In this document: one piece after another, positions 20,356-32,618 of the stretch | Layout of the letters: the number at the start of each line of letters is the position of its first letter | Position numbering within the stretch: position 1 is the first letter of the stretch | DNA from: Guillardia theta CCMP2712 | Taxonomy: Eukaryota > Protista > Cryptophyta | Reading direction: 5' to 3' | NCBI RefSeq assembly: GCF_000315625.1 | Contig: NW_005434524.1 | Coordinates: forward strand, 47,408 to 98,747 | Length of the DNA stretch: 51,340 bases | Program-made: the position numbers and the translations under genes | The notes under the pieces: model-generated | The model's database searches: none | What the model was told of the DNA's origin: nothing | The model's input: the letters and a program-made list of their open reading frames with translations, nothing else

Positions 20356-23300
20356 TGCAGGTGCAGGAGAAGGTGCAGGAGGAGGAGGAGGAGGTCGTGG
20401 TGGTGGGGGTGGCTGCATTGAAAGACGCGGATTCAAGCAACGTGAAAACCTATAAGGTCCGTCCATGCTGATTTGTGAGGCTGTTGAGAGAGGAGGGAGG
20501 GCGTATCTCTTGCTCGCCAGGACCTTCACAACTCCAAAGGTCTGCTGGAAGTCAGCTAAAAAAGCAGATGAATAGCTTGACAAGGATCAGAAGGGGCAGG
20601 AGGGAGGGAGGGAGGAGGGAGGAGGGAGGAGGGAGGAGGCAAGGAGGAGCAACAGAGCACGAGGAGGACGAGCACATGAAACGCAAGTAGGCAGGGGGAG
20701 GAGGGGATGACTCTCCGACCTCTAGCCCAGGAATAACTTTCTCCACCACGGCTGGGGGCTTCTCACTGCAGAACTTCAGCTGGGCTCTTCGGCAGGGAAC
20801 AGAGACATCCCACCTCGTCAGCTGGAAACCGTCTTGGCACTCGATGACGATCTTGTCGCCGTAGCTGCGCACCGTCGGGTTGGCGACAAAATCTGAAACC
20901 TTCACGCCCTGCCGAGAGCTCGTCAGCGCCTGCCGCAGGACTTTCCCATCTCGCCTCCAGCATGTTGAACTCGATCCGCGAGCACTGGATCGGAGCACAG
21001 AGGCGGAACGACGAGTAGGTGGCGTCCGCCAAGCACGTGACCTGCTCTGCTCCAGCTGAGGACGGGTCAAACTCGTATCCCTCAGGACAGAGCAGCTTAA
21101 CGGTCTCGTTGAACTTGACCTGTTCGTTGCTCTGCGTGACCGGCGCTCTGCTCCAGACGTCGGAGGCAAACGTGGCTCGCAGATAGCGCTCAAATGGTGG
21201 ACACACCACAGGAATGCAGCTGGGAGGCTCCTGGAACTTTCCACTGGCTAGGCAAGAAATCTCGAAGTTTTGCAGATTCTGCTGATCAGAGCGGTGAAAT
21301 CCCAGCTCGCACCGGCCTGACAACTTCTGTCCGAACCTATACGAGGTGTTGGCATCGTACGTCACCGTGGAGTTCGCCGGGACTGCCTCTGCCGCAAACT
21401 TCCCGCAAACCACGGGCTCGCAGAGTGGGCCCGCCTCCCACTCACAGGCCGAGAGAGTATCGTCGGCTGTTCCACATCTCCTCATGAAGATCGACTGACT
21501 GCCATTGCCCCCGAGCCCGTGACCCTCCTTGCACCGAAACTCCCGGCAGGGCTGCCCATACAAGGCAGGACGGATGGAGTTGGACTGCTGCAGGACGTTG
21601 TGGTCAACTTCAACGTACGGTCTGCAGGAGGCCGGGACACACTGGAGCAGATCCTGCCTGTCGAACATCTGGTCGGCTTGACAAGTTGACTCGAACGTCT
21701 TCGAGCAGCGATGGACGAAGCTCGGAGCCGCGACGAGGCCGATGGGGCAGCGGACGACGACCTTCTGACCGACAGTGACGGACTGGTTGCTGCTGGAAAC
21801 GACAAGGAAGCCTGTCACGTTGTAGGGGCGACACTTCTTGGGGGCACAGACCTGCTGGGAGCTCATGTTGCAGTTGTCAAGACACACCGAGCTGCGCAGG
21901 CTTGCAGGAATCTCTTCGTTGGCACTGCAAGGCACCTGAAAACTTGAACCGAGCAACACGTCCCTGTACTGCCAGTAGCCTCCCAGCTGCCACGTCACCC
22001 TGCACGTCTTGGGGACGCAGCGCTGGTAGTTCTCCCACAGCCCTTGACCGTTGCAGCTTGTCAAGTACCACGACTGCGGACATCCCTCCTCCGACCCCGC
22101 ATAGGTCTCAGGCATGAAACCTTGCTGGCACGTGACGTTGATGATGGCACCATACCTCTGCTCGACCTGACCTGACAGTGTCGATGCCGTGTCTGCTACC
22201 CACACCACCTGACCGTTGACCTCTTTGACTGTCTCGGCTGACTTGGCGTTTGCTGGCATCTCGAAGCGAACGCAGCGAAAGGGAAGGCAAGGAAATACGT
22301 TGAGCGACAAGTACTGGCAGCGATCGCCTGAGAGGGGCTTCGACAGCGTTGAGCTGAGCTGAGAGATGTTGGAGCAAGGCACTGCCTGGGTTCTCGGAGC
22401 GTTGAATGCGCAAACATCGTTCGAGCACAACTTGGGGTCATCGGAGCTTGCGCACGCGTACCCCATGTCACAGACGATGAAGCAAGATTGGAGCTCGCAA
22501 GAGTCGATTGAGCTGGAATTTGAACGCGAAGAAAGCAACTTTCCATCCTCAAGACATGTGACTTTGAACCTGGAGGCGCACTCAAAGAGGTTGCTGGAGG
22601 AGAGGCGATAGCTTGAGTTGCATTCGATCTCAGCAAAGTCTCCAGAGAGCAGGACAAGGGAGGAACCACCGGCTACAGTCTGTTGGAGAGGCGGAGAAAC
22701 TGACAGGTTGTACCTCGTGGCCATGCTGTTGGCTGGTACAGTGAAGGAAGGACAAGGCACTCTCTGACAGATGGGCAGATCCATCCCGCACGTTCCATCG
22801 CTCTTGGCAGCGCATGTCACTTCCTTGGTTCGGGCAGTCGTTCCAGCCACCGCATAGTTGACAGGGCATGTGATGTTCACCCGCTGACCTGTCAAGATCG
22901 CTCCCCCCAGGTGAAACCCAGGAACTGAGGTGGAATCAACCATGTCGAACCCGTCGGATGTCTTGTAAGGGAAGTCGACAGGTGGGCAGGAGGCCGCAGC
23001 ACAAGTGAGGTCGTCGGTGATGCTGATCTGACAGCTCCTGCAGACAGCGTTGATGATGCTTGTGGGGTTGCACACAGGACGAGGAATCGAGAGGTTGGAA
23101 GAGATCGGTACGAATCCGTTCGCACATGAGAATTGCAGCTGGGCAAGGTGAGGGATTGTGCTGGAGATGGAGATCTCAGGGCCAAGTACATACCGAGCGG
23201 TTCCAAAGTGAGGAAACGTCAGGAGCTGAGAAGCAGGGCAGCCGAGGTCGCAACGGCTGGCGCACGTCTGGGGGATGCATCGTTTGATGGGGGCAGCGCC

Positions 23301-25489
23301 GCAGGAGCACGCGACCACCTGGACGGTCTCGCAGACGGAGGGAGTGTCGTCCTCCAGCATGTATCCGGCCTCACAGTAGACGGTTCGAGAGTCCTTGTGC
23401 TTGAGCATCAGACTTGCGGCAGCCGGCACGGTGAAGGTGTGAGGGGGCAGCTGGAGAAAGCAGTTCTGCTGGACGATGTTGCAGTTTGACAACCTCGAGA
23501 AGCAGCCCTTCTCACACTTGGCGTCTCCAAACTGCTTGCACTCGTTGTCGACAGGTTCAGCATTAGCGGAGCGACATTGAAAGAACCTTGAGATGAAACC
23601 CTCGGTCACAGTCGTGTTGGGTATCGTCTCGGCGAGAGGGTCCTGGAACCTCTGGTCGAAGCTGCAGGAGGTCGAGCAACCGCTGCCGCACGTCATGGCC
23701 GTGCACTGGATCTGCTGGGGGCTGAACGTGGAGTCTGCGGGCATCTTGAAGAGGAGAGTACCGTCGGAGCACGTCATCTGATACATGACCTGACACGTCG
23801 TTGTTCCTTGCACTGCCGTGCCGGACGGACAGTAGACCTCGTAGACGTCGCCGTGCAAGAAGGGACGAGGCAGCCTGCCGCTGACGAAGTGACCGGCTGG
23901 CAGGGTGTCCTGACAGGAGACGGGCTTGCAGGAGGGGCTCGAGTAGTTGAGTTGACATTCGCTGCTGCAGCTCAGGATGACGGAGCGAGGAGAGGAGCCG
24001 TCAGGGTACGCCACAAGAGACGAGGCGGGACGATATCCAACATCGCAGGAGAGGTTTGCTGTCATCGTGCTTGACAAGTTCCAGCTGATGTTTGCGTACT
24101 TGTTGTACCATCTCAAGAGGTTCTTGTCGTAATCCTCCCCGCCCATCAGCGACACAACACCATTCGGTACCGCAGAGAGCGAGCAGTGGACTGGGACGCA
24201 GTGAAGGCGATCAAAGTCGCATGGGGAGTAGCTGGGATCGCTCGTTGTGTCCCCACGAGCACATCGAGCTGAGAATCGGCGAGAACTATCACACGAGGTC
24301 GAGAAGGAGTCAAGAGGAGCGGCGCGGTAGCCTTGCACACAAGTCACATCGACTGTGTCCCCGACGTTCAAAGTCAAGCTCAGATTCAACAAGCTGCTGT
24401 TGTAGTGACGTAGACCGGAGACGAGGTTGGTCATGGGGCAAGCCGCTCGCACACAAGAGAAGTCGTTGAGGTCGAGATTGAGCTGCGGTCTCCCATTCGC
24501 TGCAGACCAGGAGCAGTTGACTACCATCTTGAAGGGGCAGGTGCTGTTGGAGGGCAGCCGGGAGTGCTTGATTGTGTACCCGTAAGCGCAAACAATGTGA
24601 TCAGAGTCTTTATAGGCGATCCCCCCGTCAGCGACTGTACTGGCCTTCTCCCAGGAGAGGAGGCTGTTGCTGATGGTGCTGTTGCATGCTGAAGGGATAC
24701 ACATCCCAGCAACTGTTGAAAGGGCCCCAGTCCACTTGCACTGCATAACATTGCTTCCTCCAGACCAGTGAAACCCAGGAATACAATCTATCTTAACGGT
24801 TTCATACACGCTCGTCGGCCTTGCTGGGTTTGCTACACCTGTTTTCATTCCTGTCGCTGCTTTGCACATGGAAGAGTCGGTACAAGTCAAGTACTTGTCG
24901 GTAACCTGGGAGCAACGCATAGCTACACATGACACATCCATGTTCGTCAACTGGCCGTTGCCGCTGCAGATGCGGGAGAAGGTGACGTGTGCTGGACTCT
25001 CCAGGTTGTCTCCCTTCAAGTGCGCTGAATCGTTTCTCATGTAACCATAATTGCACGAAACCTCGACACTCCTCCCGTACTCGATATCCCTATGTGAAGG
25101 CTCGATGACCCCGTTGGACACATTCTGGTTTCTGCATGAGATGATTGCGCAAGAGCTGTAGTTCCCGAAGGTACAGTTCTCATTGCACATGGGGCTACTC
25201 TCGCCTCCTGTAAGCCTGTATCCTTCATTGCAAAAGATTTCACTTGCCCGCCCTTGAGGACAGGCCCACTGGCTGGTACCGTGTACCCGTTGGAGATCAC
25301 TGGAGGGCCCCCGCAGGACTTTGGGACGCATTGATGCCAACCGAGCATCCCGTTGTTCTCGACGAACTGCGAGCTGCTTCCACACAGCAACTCTAACTTG
25401 GTCGGAGTACACACCTGACCAGCGCAGAGCTGAAAGACGCCGACTACCCAAGCTGAGATCAGGTAGACCTTAGGGTAGCTCGACGTCAT
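19100..25489 (-). CDS. Large secreted sushi/CCP (SCR)-repeat protein with Pro-Ala linker and C-terminal ZU5-like region; 1-nt frameshift near 25239; 3' end uncertain
   Basis: Signal peptide MTSSYPKVYLISAWVVGVFQLCAG; ~1,450-aa exon of repeated V-x-C-x-x-GY/F...C...G-x-W/F...C units; downstream small exons VKISFPANSW, VILDFGPSGIKFQNPVKLSIP, VDTETSSFSAYA. Confidence 0.8.
19708..19930. repeat. (GAT/GAC)n degenerate microsatellite within an intron of the sushi gene
   Basis: Run of gatgatgat/gatgacgat triplets. Confidence 0.9.
20035..20131. repeat. 20-bp tandem repeat (AAGTTGACAAGGGAGGGAGA), ~5 copies, intronic
   Basis: Direct repeats visible; they lie between exon-like segments of the minus-strand sushi gene. 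Confidence 0.9.
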
Positions 25490-27970
25490 CGTTTGCGATC
25501 CTCAAAAGCTCAAGCAAAACTCCAGGCTGAGGGAACCGAATGCGAAAGGAAGAAAGACGCCGACAGCATTCAACCTGTCCGTGGCCTTTCGATGTTCGCG
25601 TGGATAGAAAATACTACACAGCACATAGTTAGAGTTTGAACCGATTGATTTTTCTTTATCTTCTGTTCTGATTGTTTCTTCCTACAATCTATTCTTCCAA
25701 CAATCCATCTTGTAAATGCTTTCTCCAACTCCCTTTGCCCATTCCACAGGTCACTTCTACTGACCCCTCACTCTCCCCTACCCTCTACTCATTCCCCCTC
25801 GCCCCTCATCACCGATTCAAAGTTGTAGATGTAACCTTAAAAATTGCTCCTTCTCTCTCTACCCATGTGTTCCTCCCTGATCATTTCCTTGAATTTCTCA
25901 CACCCAGAGAACCTTGTCCACTTTCATTTACCTTTTGAAACAGACTGCTAACACCTGATGGCCGATATTCGTTTTGGTTGCTTCAGATGAAGACAACTCA
26001 CAGAACGAGCTACACCAAATCGTCTCAAACCCAGGTTCTAATGTTCTCTACAATAGTTGTGAATGTCTTGGAGGACGGGAAATTTTGTGAGTAACCTGAC
26101 AGGGTTGCAATGTACGCCATGAGTGCTTTTGTGTCTCTTTCTCTCTCGATTGGCCAAGGGCTGTCCATGTGTAGAGCAACAGATGCATGTTCAGCTCTGC
26201 TTGTGCATCCCTCCCTTCCTCCCCTCTCCTTCCCTCTCGTCACTCCACTCCTTCCCTCCTCTCCTCTGTAGCAGCATTTGCACGGAGTCACATTTGACAA
26301 TCCATTGGTCCTTTTTCTGCGGGGGTCTCAAGATTCTCAAATATTGTGAAATCAGATCCTACAGTTTCAAACTATATCAAGAAATTTTGTGAAGAAAACC
26401 TATTTATCAGGTGACAGATTGAAATGGTGAAATTTACTTTCACCCATCAGGAAGGGTCCTCTCTGAATTCCTCTTGGTCTGACAGATGCAGGACATGCCA
26501 ATAGGCTCTTTTTTACTCAAAGTTAAGTTAAAAATCAGTACGAGGACAATCAGCAGACACATGCCGGGGCCGGCCCGGCGTGATCGGACGGTTCAAGTGT
26601 CAACCTGGCACGCTGCGCCGGCCCGGAACTTGGAATCGGACCGGCGAGGCTCGGCTGAACATTCAATGATGCGGCATCACATTGCATTCACAAAGGCCCC
26701 ACATGCGGCAGTGCAGTTCAGTGCTGAACTGGCCGGGCGACTTTCAAGCCGGAAGGGCCTGATCGGGGAGGACCGGCCGGGCCGCCCGTCACGCCGGCCG
26801 GCCCAGACGGGGGCCGCCGGGTGGCCAGGGAGTGGTACTGAGGCGGGCCCAGGCGGGCGTGATGACTGCTTCGGAGGCGGGCCCGGGAAAGTTCCGGCTA
26901 TCAATACAAAATGTTGTCAGCAATGACATTTACTACAGGATTCACTTCATAACCCACCCTTGACTCCCGATACCGACCTACCGGTGGTCTACGGACACAT
27001 TACCTATGTAATGATGGGGTAGAATTCAGCCCTTTCAGATCCCCTACCCCTGTGGGTGATTGAGGAGATCCGTGTCAATGACCCCTACCCCTTCTTATCC
27101 TTTTGAAGAGAGGGTGGTAATGACCAAAGTCACAAAATGAGTAACCGTATAACGGTCAACTTCTGGCATCGTCTGCCCAAAGCGAGTGGTTTCGGGATTT
27201 TCCTGGATTTCAGGTCCCAAGGGTCGGAAATAGAAAACTAGGTCCATAGATGGTAGGGGTACTATTTGTAGGGTTATTCCAAACATTATCACATGGTCCA
27301 TGTAATCGTTTACAAATTATGTCAGTAATCTTGAAATTATAGATGCCTTTTTGATAATTTCGTGTAAATCGAATTTTTAGCTTCAAGTCATCAGGGTGGG
27401 GTGAACTACCCTACCTGAATACAATAATTTGTCGGACAGTGCAGATATCCATCCACCACCCTACCATACTACTTCGAATCATCTTTTTATGAGTACCCGT
27501 ACTTTTCTCTTCAAAGCACCCCTTAATTTGGAAGATTGATGAACTACCCCACCCATGGCATTCTTACCCACCCCTTTCACGAATACACACTCATCACGCC
27601 AAAGTTTCCGTCTCCCGTTCCAGCACACGTTCCCGCAAATTCTCGCCGCTCCTCCGCCTCCGCCTCCCCTCCTCCCCTCCCCTCCTCCCCTCCTCCCTCC
27701 CCTCTCCTTTGTCACTCTCCTACTTCCTCTCTATCGCCCGATACTCAGTTCCCCTTTGTATTCCTCTCCGCTTCTCGTAATTCTGCTCCGCAAGATTCCG
27801 GCGTTCCGTGCAACACTTCATCAGTTGCTGCATCTAGCTCTTGATCTTGTTTCTGGGACTCAGTTCAGACCGTCGATTCTTCCAGAAGTCTTTTTGTGCT
27901 CCAAGGCCGCTTAAAATTTGTCCCGACAACAAGAGCGTCTTGTTTCTCTTGCACGAAACAAGACGGCAAA

Positions 27971-30874
27971 ATGAGTTTTGTGTTCCGGAAGCGCAAGCAG
28001 GCGACTATATCTGTGTCCCTGAATGGTTGCAACTTCAAAGGGAACGAAGAGATCTCAAGGATTGTCTGTCGGAAACCTGTGCCAACAGATAACAGAGCAA
28101 GGTGGAGGAAAGCGATTTGGTATGTCTTGCAGGAAGCTAGGAGGATTAGAACCGAACGAACCAAGGACGTCCCCCAAGAGAGCCGCACGAGATCGCCATG
28201 TACCCCTACAGTCTTCAACGTCCTACAGAAGAGAGCAGGGGCATGGACCACCCCTTCAAGGCTCCTGCTCCCCTCTGAAACATTGGAAACGCAATCGTCC
28301 CTGGAAGATCTGAGCCCGGTAGAGCCGGAGAGTGACGACATGAGCGCAACCTCAAGGTCCGTCAGCCCTGCCCAGAGCTTCAAGGACGCTCCTACTCCTC
28401 ATGAGACCCAAACTGCCGCAGAGACAACATCAGTGCTGCAGTCAAGCCTGTTCATCGTAGCGCAATGGCTATGCGTGTGGTTTGTTATCCTGGTCCCGGA
28501 TCTCTGCCTCCTCTTTGCCAGCGACGAACAAACGCACAGAATCGTGCTGCTGACAACAATCTTCTGCTGGTGCTTCTTCAGTGTGGAGCTTGTTTTCCGC
28601 CTGCTGTTTCACAAGCAGTACTTCCTGTCCATGTACTTCTTTCTGGATTGCTTCTCCTTCCTGTCACTCGTTCCAGCCGTTGCGGAGCTCGCGGGCCAAG
28701 AAAGGCACTACCTCTACCCTCTGCGCCTCTTCGTGCTCTTCCGCGGTTGGAACATCGCAAGAGCTGGGTCGCAACTGTCGTACATCCTTGATTTCGATAT
28801 GAGGAAAATCTTGGCCCTGGGGATGCCCTTAGAGCCTCTGGGGCTCGAAAGGATCCAAGAGGAGAGGGATAGGGATTTCCACCGGCTGTTCGTACGATGG
28901 TGCTGCGGGATCACTTTTATGTTCCTCTTTCTTGTTGTCCTGCAGAATTTCCTCCAAGTCAACATTGACACCCCAGCTGTGGCCCTGCAGATACTGGCCA
29001 ACAACTTCCAGCTCCTGGCGAATTCTGATCCCGGGGATGCTGACTTCCAGGTCCTCTTGCGGTCCTTCCAGAACCTGACGAGGAGCGAAGGCATCGACTT
29101 GCTCTTGCTGAACCTCGGAGGACATGTCCTCATTGACAACGTACGCGCCTGCAGCACTACCCCCTGCTGGATGCCGCACATGCTCCGTGCCACCTGCAGT
29201 CTGCCTCACCAGGACAACGGCTCCAGCGCTTGCGAGCTCCTGTACGAGAGCTCGTACCCTCTGCTCAAAGAAGCCATGTTCCGGACTCTCATCTCCGTCA
29301 CTTGCATGCTTGTTCTGTTCGCCTCCAGCTGGAGTTTCGCGGCCCTGTTCACTGAGCGGTTCTCGAAGCCGTTGGACAAGATCGTGGGAAAGATCGAGAA
29401 GATCTCAGCTAATCCGCTGCACACGATCGTGTCCGAGGAGATTCCTCAGCCGCAGATCATGAAGATCGACCGTTGGATCTCCGAGCTCACAAGCATGCTT
29501 CAGCTGGGCTTCGGAGAGGCAGGCTCGAGGTTCATCTCGAAGAACCTCAAGGGAAGGACCTTCTCTGAAATCATTACCAAGGAGCCAGGATCTATTGTCA
29601 ATGCCTTCTTCGGCTTCTGCAACCTGAGGAACTACGAAGACATCGCTGAGATCGAGGGAAGAAACGCCATCCACATTGTCAACCGCATCGCAAACTCCTT
29701 GCATACAGCCGTCACTCAGTCGCACGGGGACCCAAACTCGAACCTCGGACATGCCTTTCTGGTGCACCTCTCCTCCTCCTCCTCCTCCTCCTCCTCCTCC
29801 TCCTCCTCCTCCTCAATCTCCTCCTCCTTCCCCCACCTCTCCTCCTCAATCTCCTCCTAACGCCCTTTTCGCAGCTCGTGTGGAAGTCGAAAGGCGTTCG
29901 GAACATCCAGCAAGTTGCCGACGCGGCTCTTCGTTCCTACGTGCAGTGTATCCTAGAGACGACCAGGGCAGAGTTCCGACAGGACTTGTTCGAGAGGAGC
30001 AAGACTATCGAGCTTGACCTTTGCTTTGGGCTCCACTTCGGGTGAGTCTCTCCTCCCCTTCCCTCCTGCCCGTCTCTTCTCTTCCCTCTGCTCCTCCTCT
30101 CCCCTCCCTCCCCTCCCTTCCCCTCCTTCTGCTCCTCTTCTCCCTTCCCTCCTCCCCTCCCCTCCCCTCCTTCTGCTCCTCCTCTCCCATCCCTCCTCCC
30201 CTTCCCTCCCTCCTCCTTCCCTCGCTCTGCATAGCTTCAGCTCACTCGTGCATGGTAGATGGGCCGTCGAGTGCGCCATCGGGTCGGAGTGCAAGGTAGA
30301 TCTTTCCTACCTCAGGTGAGCCGCATCTCCTCTCCCGCTTCCACAGACTCACTTGTGTCCCAGTCCGCATGTAAACATCGCATCTCGCCTTCAAGCCGCT
30401 TCATCGCAGTACGGCGTCTCCATCCTGATCTCTGGGGACGTGTTCTCCCTCCTCTCCCTCCCCCTCCAGGAGCTCTGCAGGAAGATAGACAGGGTGACTC
30501 TTAAAGGAAGCAAGTCCCCTGTCGACCTCTACACCTTCGACGAGCCGCAGCTGGAGAGCAGGGGAGGAACGCTCAAGGACGACATCGACTTGTCCTCCCT
30601 CTCCTCCAGCGCAGACTTCTTCGAGGCTGTACAACCCAGCACGGACAAGGATTTCCGCGCTGAGTTCTCAAAGGCCATCTACCTGTACCTCGGGGGACAG
30701 GACGGGAAGGAGGCGAACTGGATGGCTGCTCGGCAGCACCTCTGCAACTGCCTGAGGAGGAGGCCCGAGGACGGACCCAGCAAGACGATCCTGTCGGTCA
30801 TCGACGAGGAGCTCTTCAAGCCTCTGCAGCAGAGGAGCAAGTGGACGGGATACCGCAAACTTGAGCACAAGTAG
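27971..30874 (+). CDS. Ion-channel-like TM domain fused to a class III adenylyl-cyclase-like domain and a C-terminal TPR-like tail (alveolate AC-alpha type), catalytically degenerate; introns 29762-29874, 30042-30258, 30316-30363
   Basis: TM helices with YFLSMYFFLDCFSFLSLV (S3-like) and LRLFVLFRGWNIARAG (S4-like); LGFGEAGSRFISKNL; FGFCNLRNY; FGLHFGWAVECAIGSECKVDLSYLSPHVNIASRLQAASSQYGV; CRKIDRVTLKGS; DGPSKTIL...WTGYRKLEHK stop. Start codon approximate. Confidence 0.85.
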
Positions 30875-31306
30875 GCAAGGGAGGAGGGAGAGCAGAGGAC
30901 GGCAAGGAGGGGAGGAGGGCGGAAGGCGGACGAAGAGGCAGAAGGGGAAGATGGAAGGAGAGCCGGGGGGGGAAGGAGAAGGGGCTGAGGGGGGGAAGGG
31001 AGGCAGCAGTTTTTACGATAGAGGTTTTCTGAGATTAACGCGTTTCAAGACGCGGGTGTATTGGACTCGAGCTGGGCAGCTTTGTGAATTTTCCTTGTAA
31101 AGCACTAGACATGTAGATAACAGATGAATCAATCGAATGAAATAATGAATTTCAATCAGTAAATTTTGAATTTCAATGATCAACAGAAAACGAATTCGTC
31201 ATGGTAGAAGTGCTACCAGAGCGAACAAAGAAAGACTCTAGGACATGGCTATCAAGTCAAAAGATTGGTGGAACTTGCTGAAGTAACATCTCAAGGCTTG
31301 AAAGCT

Positions 31307-31843
31307 CAATTGAAGAAACAGGGTGAAACTTCGTCAATCAATTGAAGAAACAGGGTGAAACCTCGTCAATCAATTGAAGAAACAGGGTGAAACTTCGTCA
31401 ATCAATTGAAGAAACAGGGTGAAACTTCGTCAATCAATTGAAGAAACAGGGTGAAACCTCGTCAATCAATTGAAGAAACAGGGTGAAACCTCGTCAATCA
31501 ATTGAAGAAACAGGGTGAAACTTCGTCAATCAATTGAAGAAACAGGGTGAAACCTCGTCAATCAATTGAAGAAACAGGGTGAAACTTCGTCAATCAATTG
31601 AAGAAACAGGGTGAAACCTCGTCAATCAATTGAAGAAACAGGGTGAAACCTCGTCAATCAATTGAAGAAACAGGGTGAAACTTCGTCAATCAATTGAAGA
31701 AACAGGGTGAAACCTCGTCAATCAATTGAAGAAACAGGGTGAAACTTCGTCAATCAATTGAAGAAACAGGGTGAAACCTCGTCAATCAATTGAAGAAACA
31801 GGGTGAAACCTCGTCAATCAATTGAAGAAACAGGGTGAAACTT
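31307..31843. repeat. 32-bp minisatellite (CAATTGAAGAAACAGGGTGAAACYTCGTCAAT), ~17 copies
   Basis: Head-to-tail units with one C/T variable site. Confidence 0.97.
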
Positions 31844-32511
31844 GGTCAAGACAGGTCCAAATGAAGTTTTATTTCAGTGCATGGATGAGAGCCAGCGTTG
31901 CAATCCGGTCAACCTTTAGTTTCCCATCCTCTCCTCTCCTCTCCCATCTCATCCCCTCCTCTCCCCTTCCCTTCCCTCCCCTCTCATTCCATCCCCTCCC
32001 CTTCCATCCCCTCCCCTTCCATCCCCCCCCTCCCCTTCCATCCCCTCCCCTCCATTCCTGAACTTCTACCTTCGTAATCTCTCGTCCACTGCTACAACTC
32101 AGCAAACACTGAGGGTGGTGAAAAAGGGAATCAAGTCAGACAAACATACGCGTTTCAAGACAACGAAGGGACAGAGAGACAAACACAAGAAGGAAGTTGG
32201 AGTAGACAACAGAAGAGAAAAGAAACATCTCTGATGCCTGACAGTGAGCAAGGGGCTTCCGAAGGGTGAAGCTTGATTTGTGTCAGTCATTATTACAGCA
32301 GAGAACCTTGAGAGCAAAACAAGTGAAGGAGAGGAGAAACATGGATGAAGAAACAGATGAGAAGACAGAGAGGAGGAGGAGGGAGGAGGGTAGCGAGCAG
32401 GGTAGCAAGCGTGACGGGGGAGATCAGGAGCTCATGTCGCTCTTCTCCGTTCCCCGCCATGCCGTCTACTGGAGGGCGCGAAGGGACGGGACATATAAGG
32501 GATAAAAAGAG

Positions 32512-32583
32512 AGGCTCGTCGGGGATTCGAACCCCGGTCTAAAGATTCAGAGTCTTTTGTGCTAACCGCTACACCAACAAGCC
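32512..32583 (-). tRNA. tRNA-Gln(CUG)
   Basis: Reverse complement GGCTTGTTGGTGTAGCGGTTAGCACAAAAGACTCTGAATCTTTAGACCGGGGTTCGAATCCCCGACGAGCCT: cloverleaf, anticodon stem AAAGA/TCTTT around CT-CTG-AA, A and B boxes, T5 terminator just downstream. Confidence 0.96.
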
Positions 32584-32618
32584 ACATGCCTTGCACTGCG
32601 GCGTGGCTCTGACGTTTA

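Noticed and set aside
26025-26300. 91-aa minus-strand ORF
   Set aside because: No recognisable motif or supportable exon chain.
31307-31843. CRISPR-like 32-bp repeats
   Set aside because: Contiguous units without spacers; a minisatellite.
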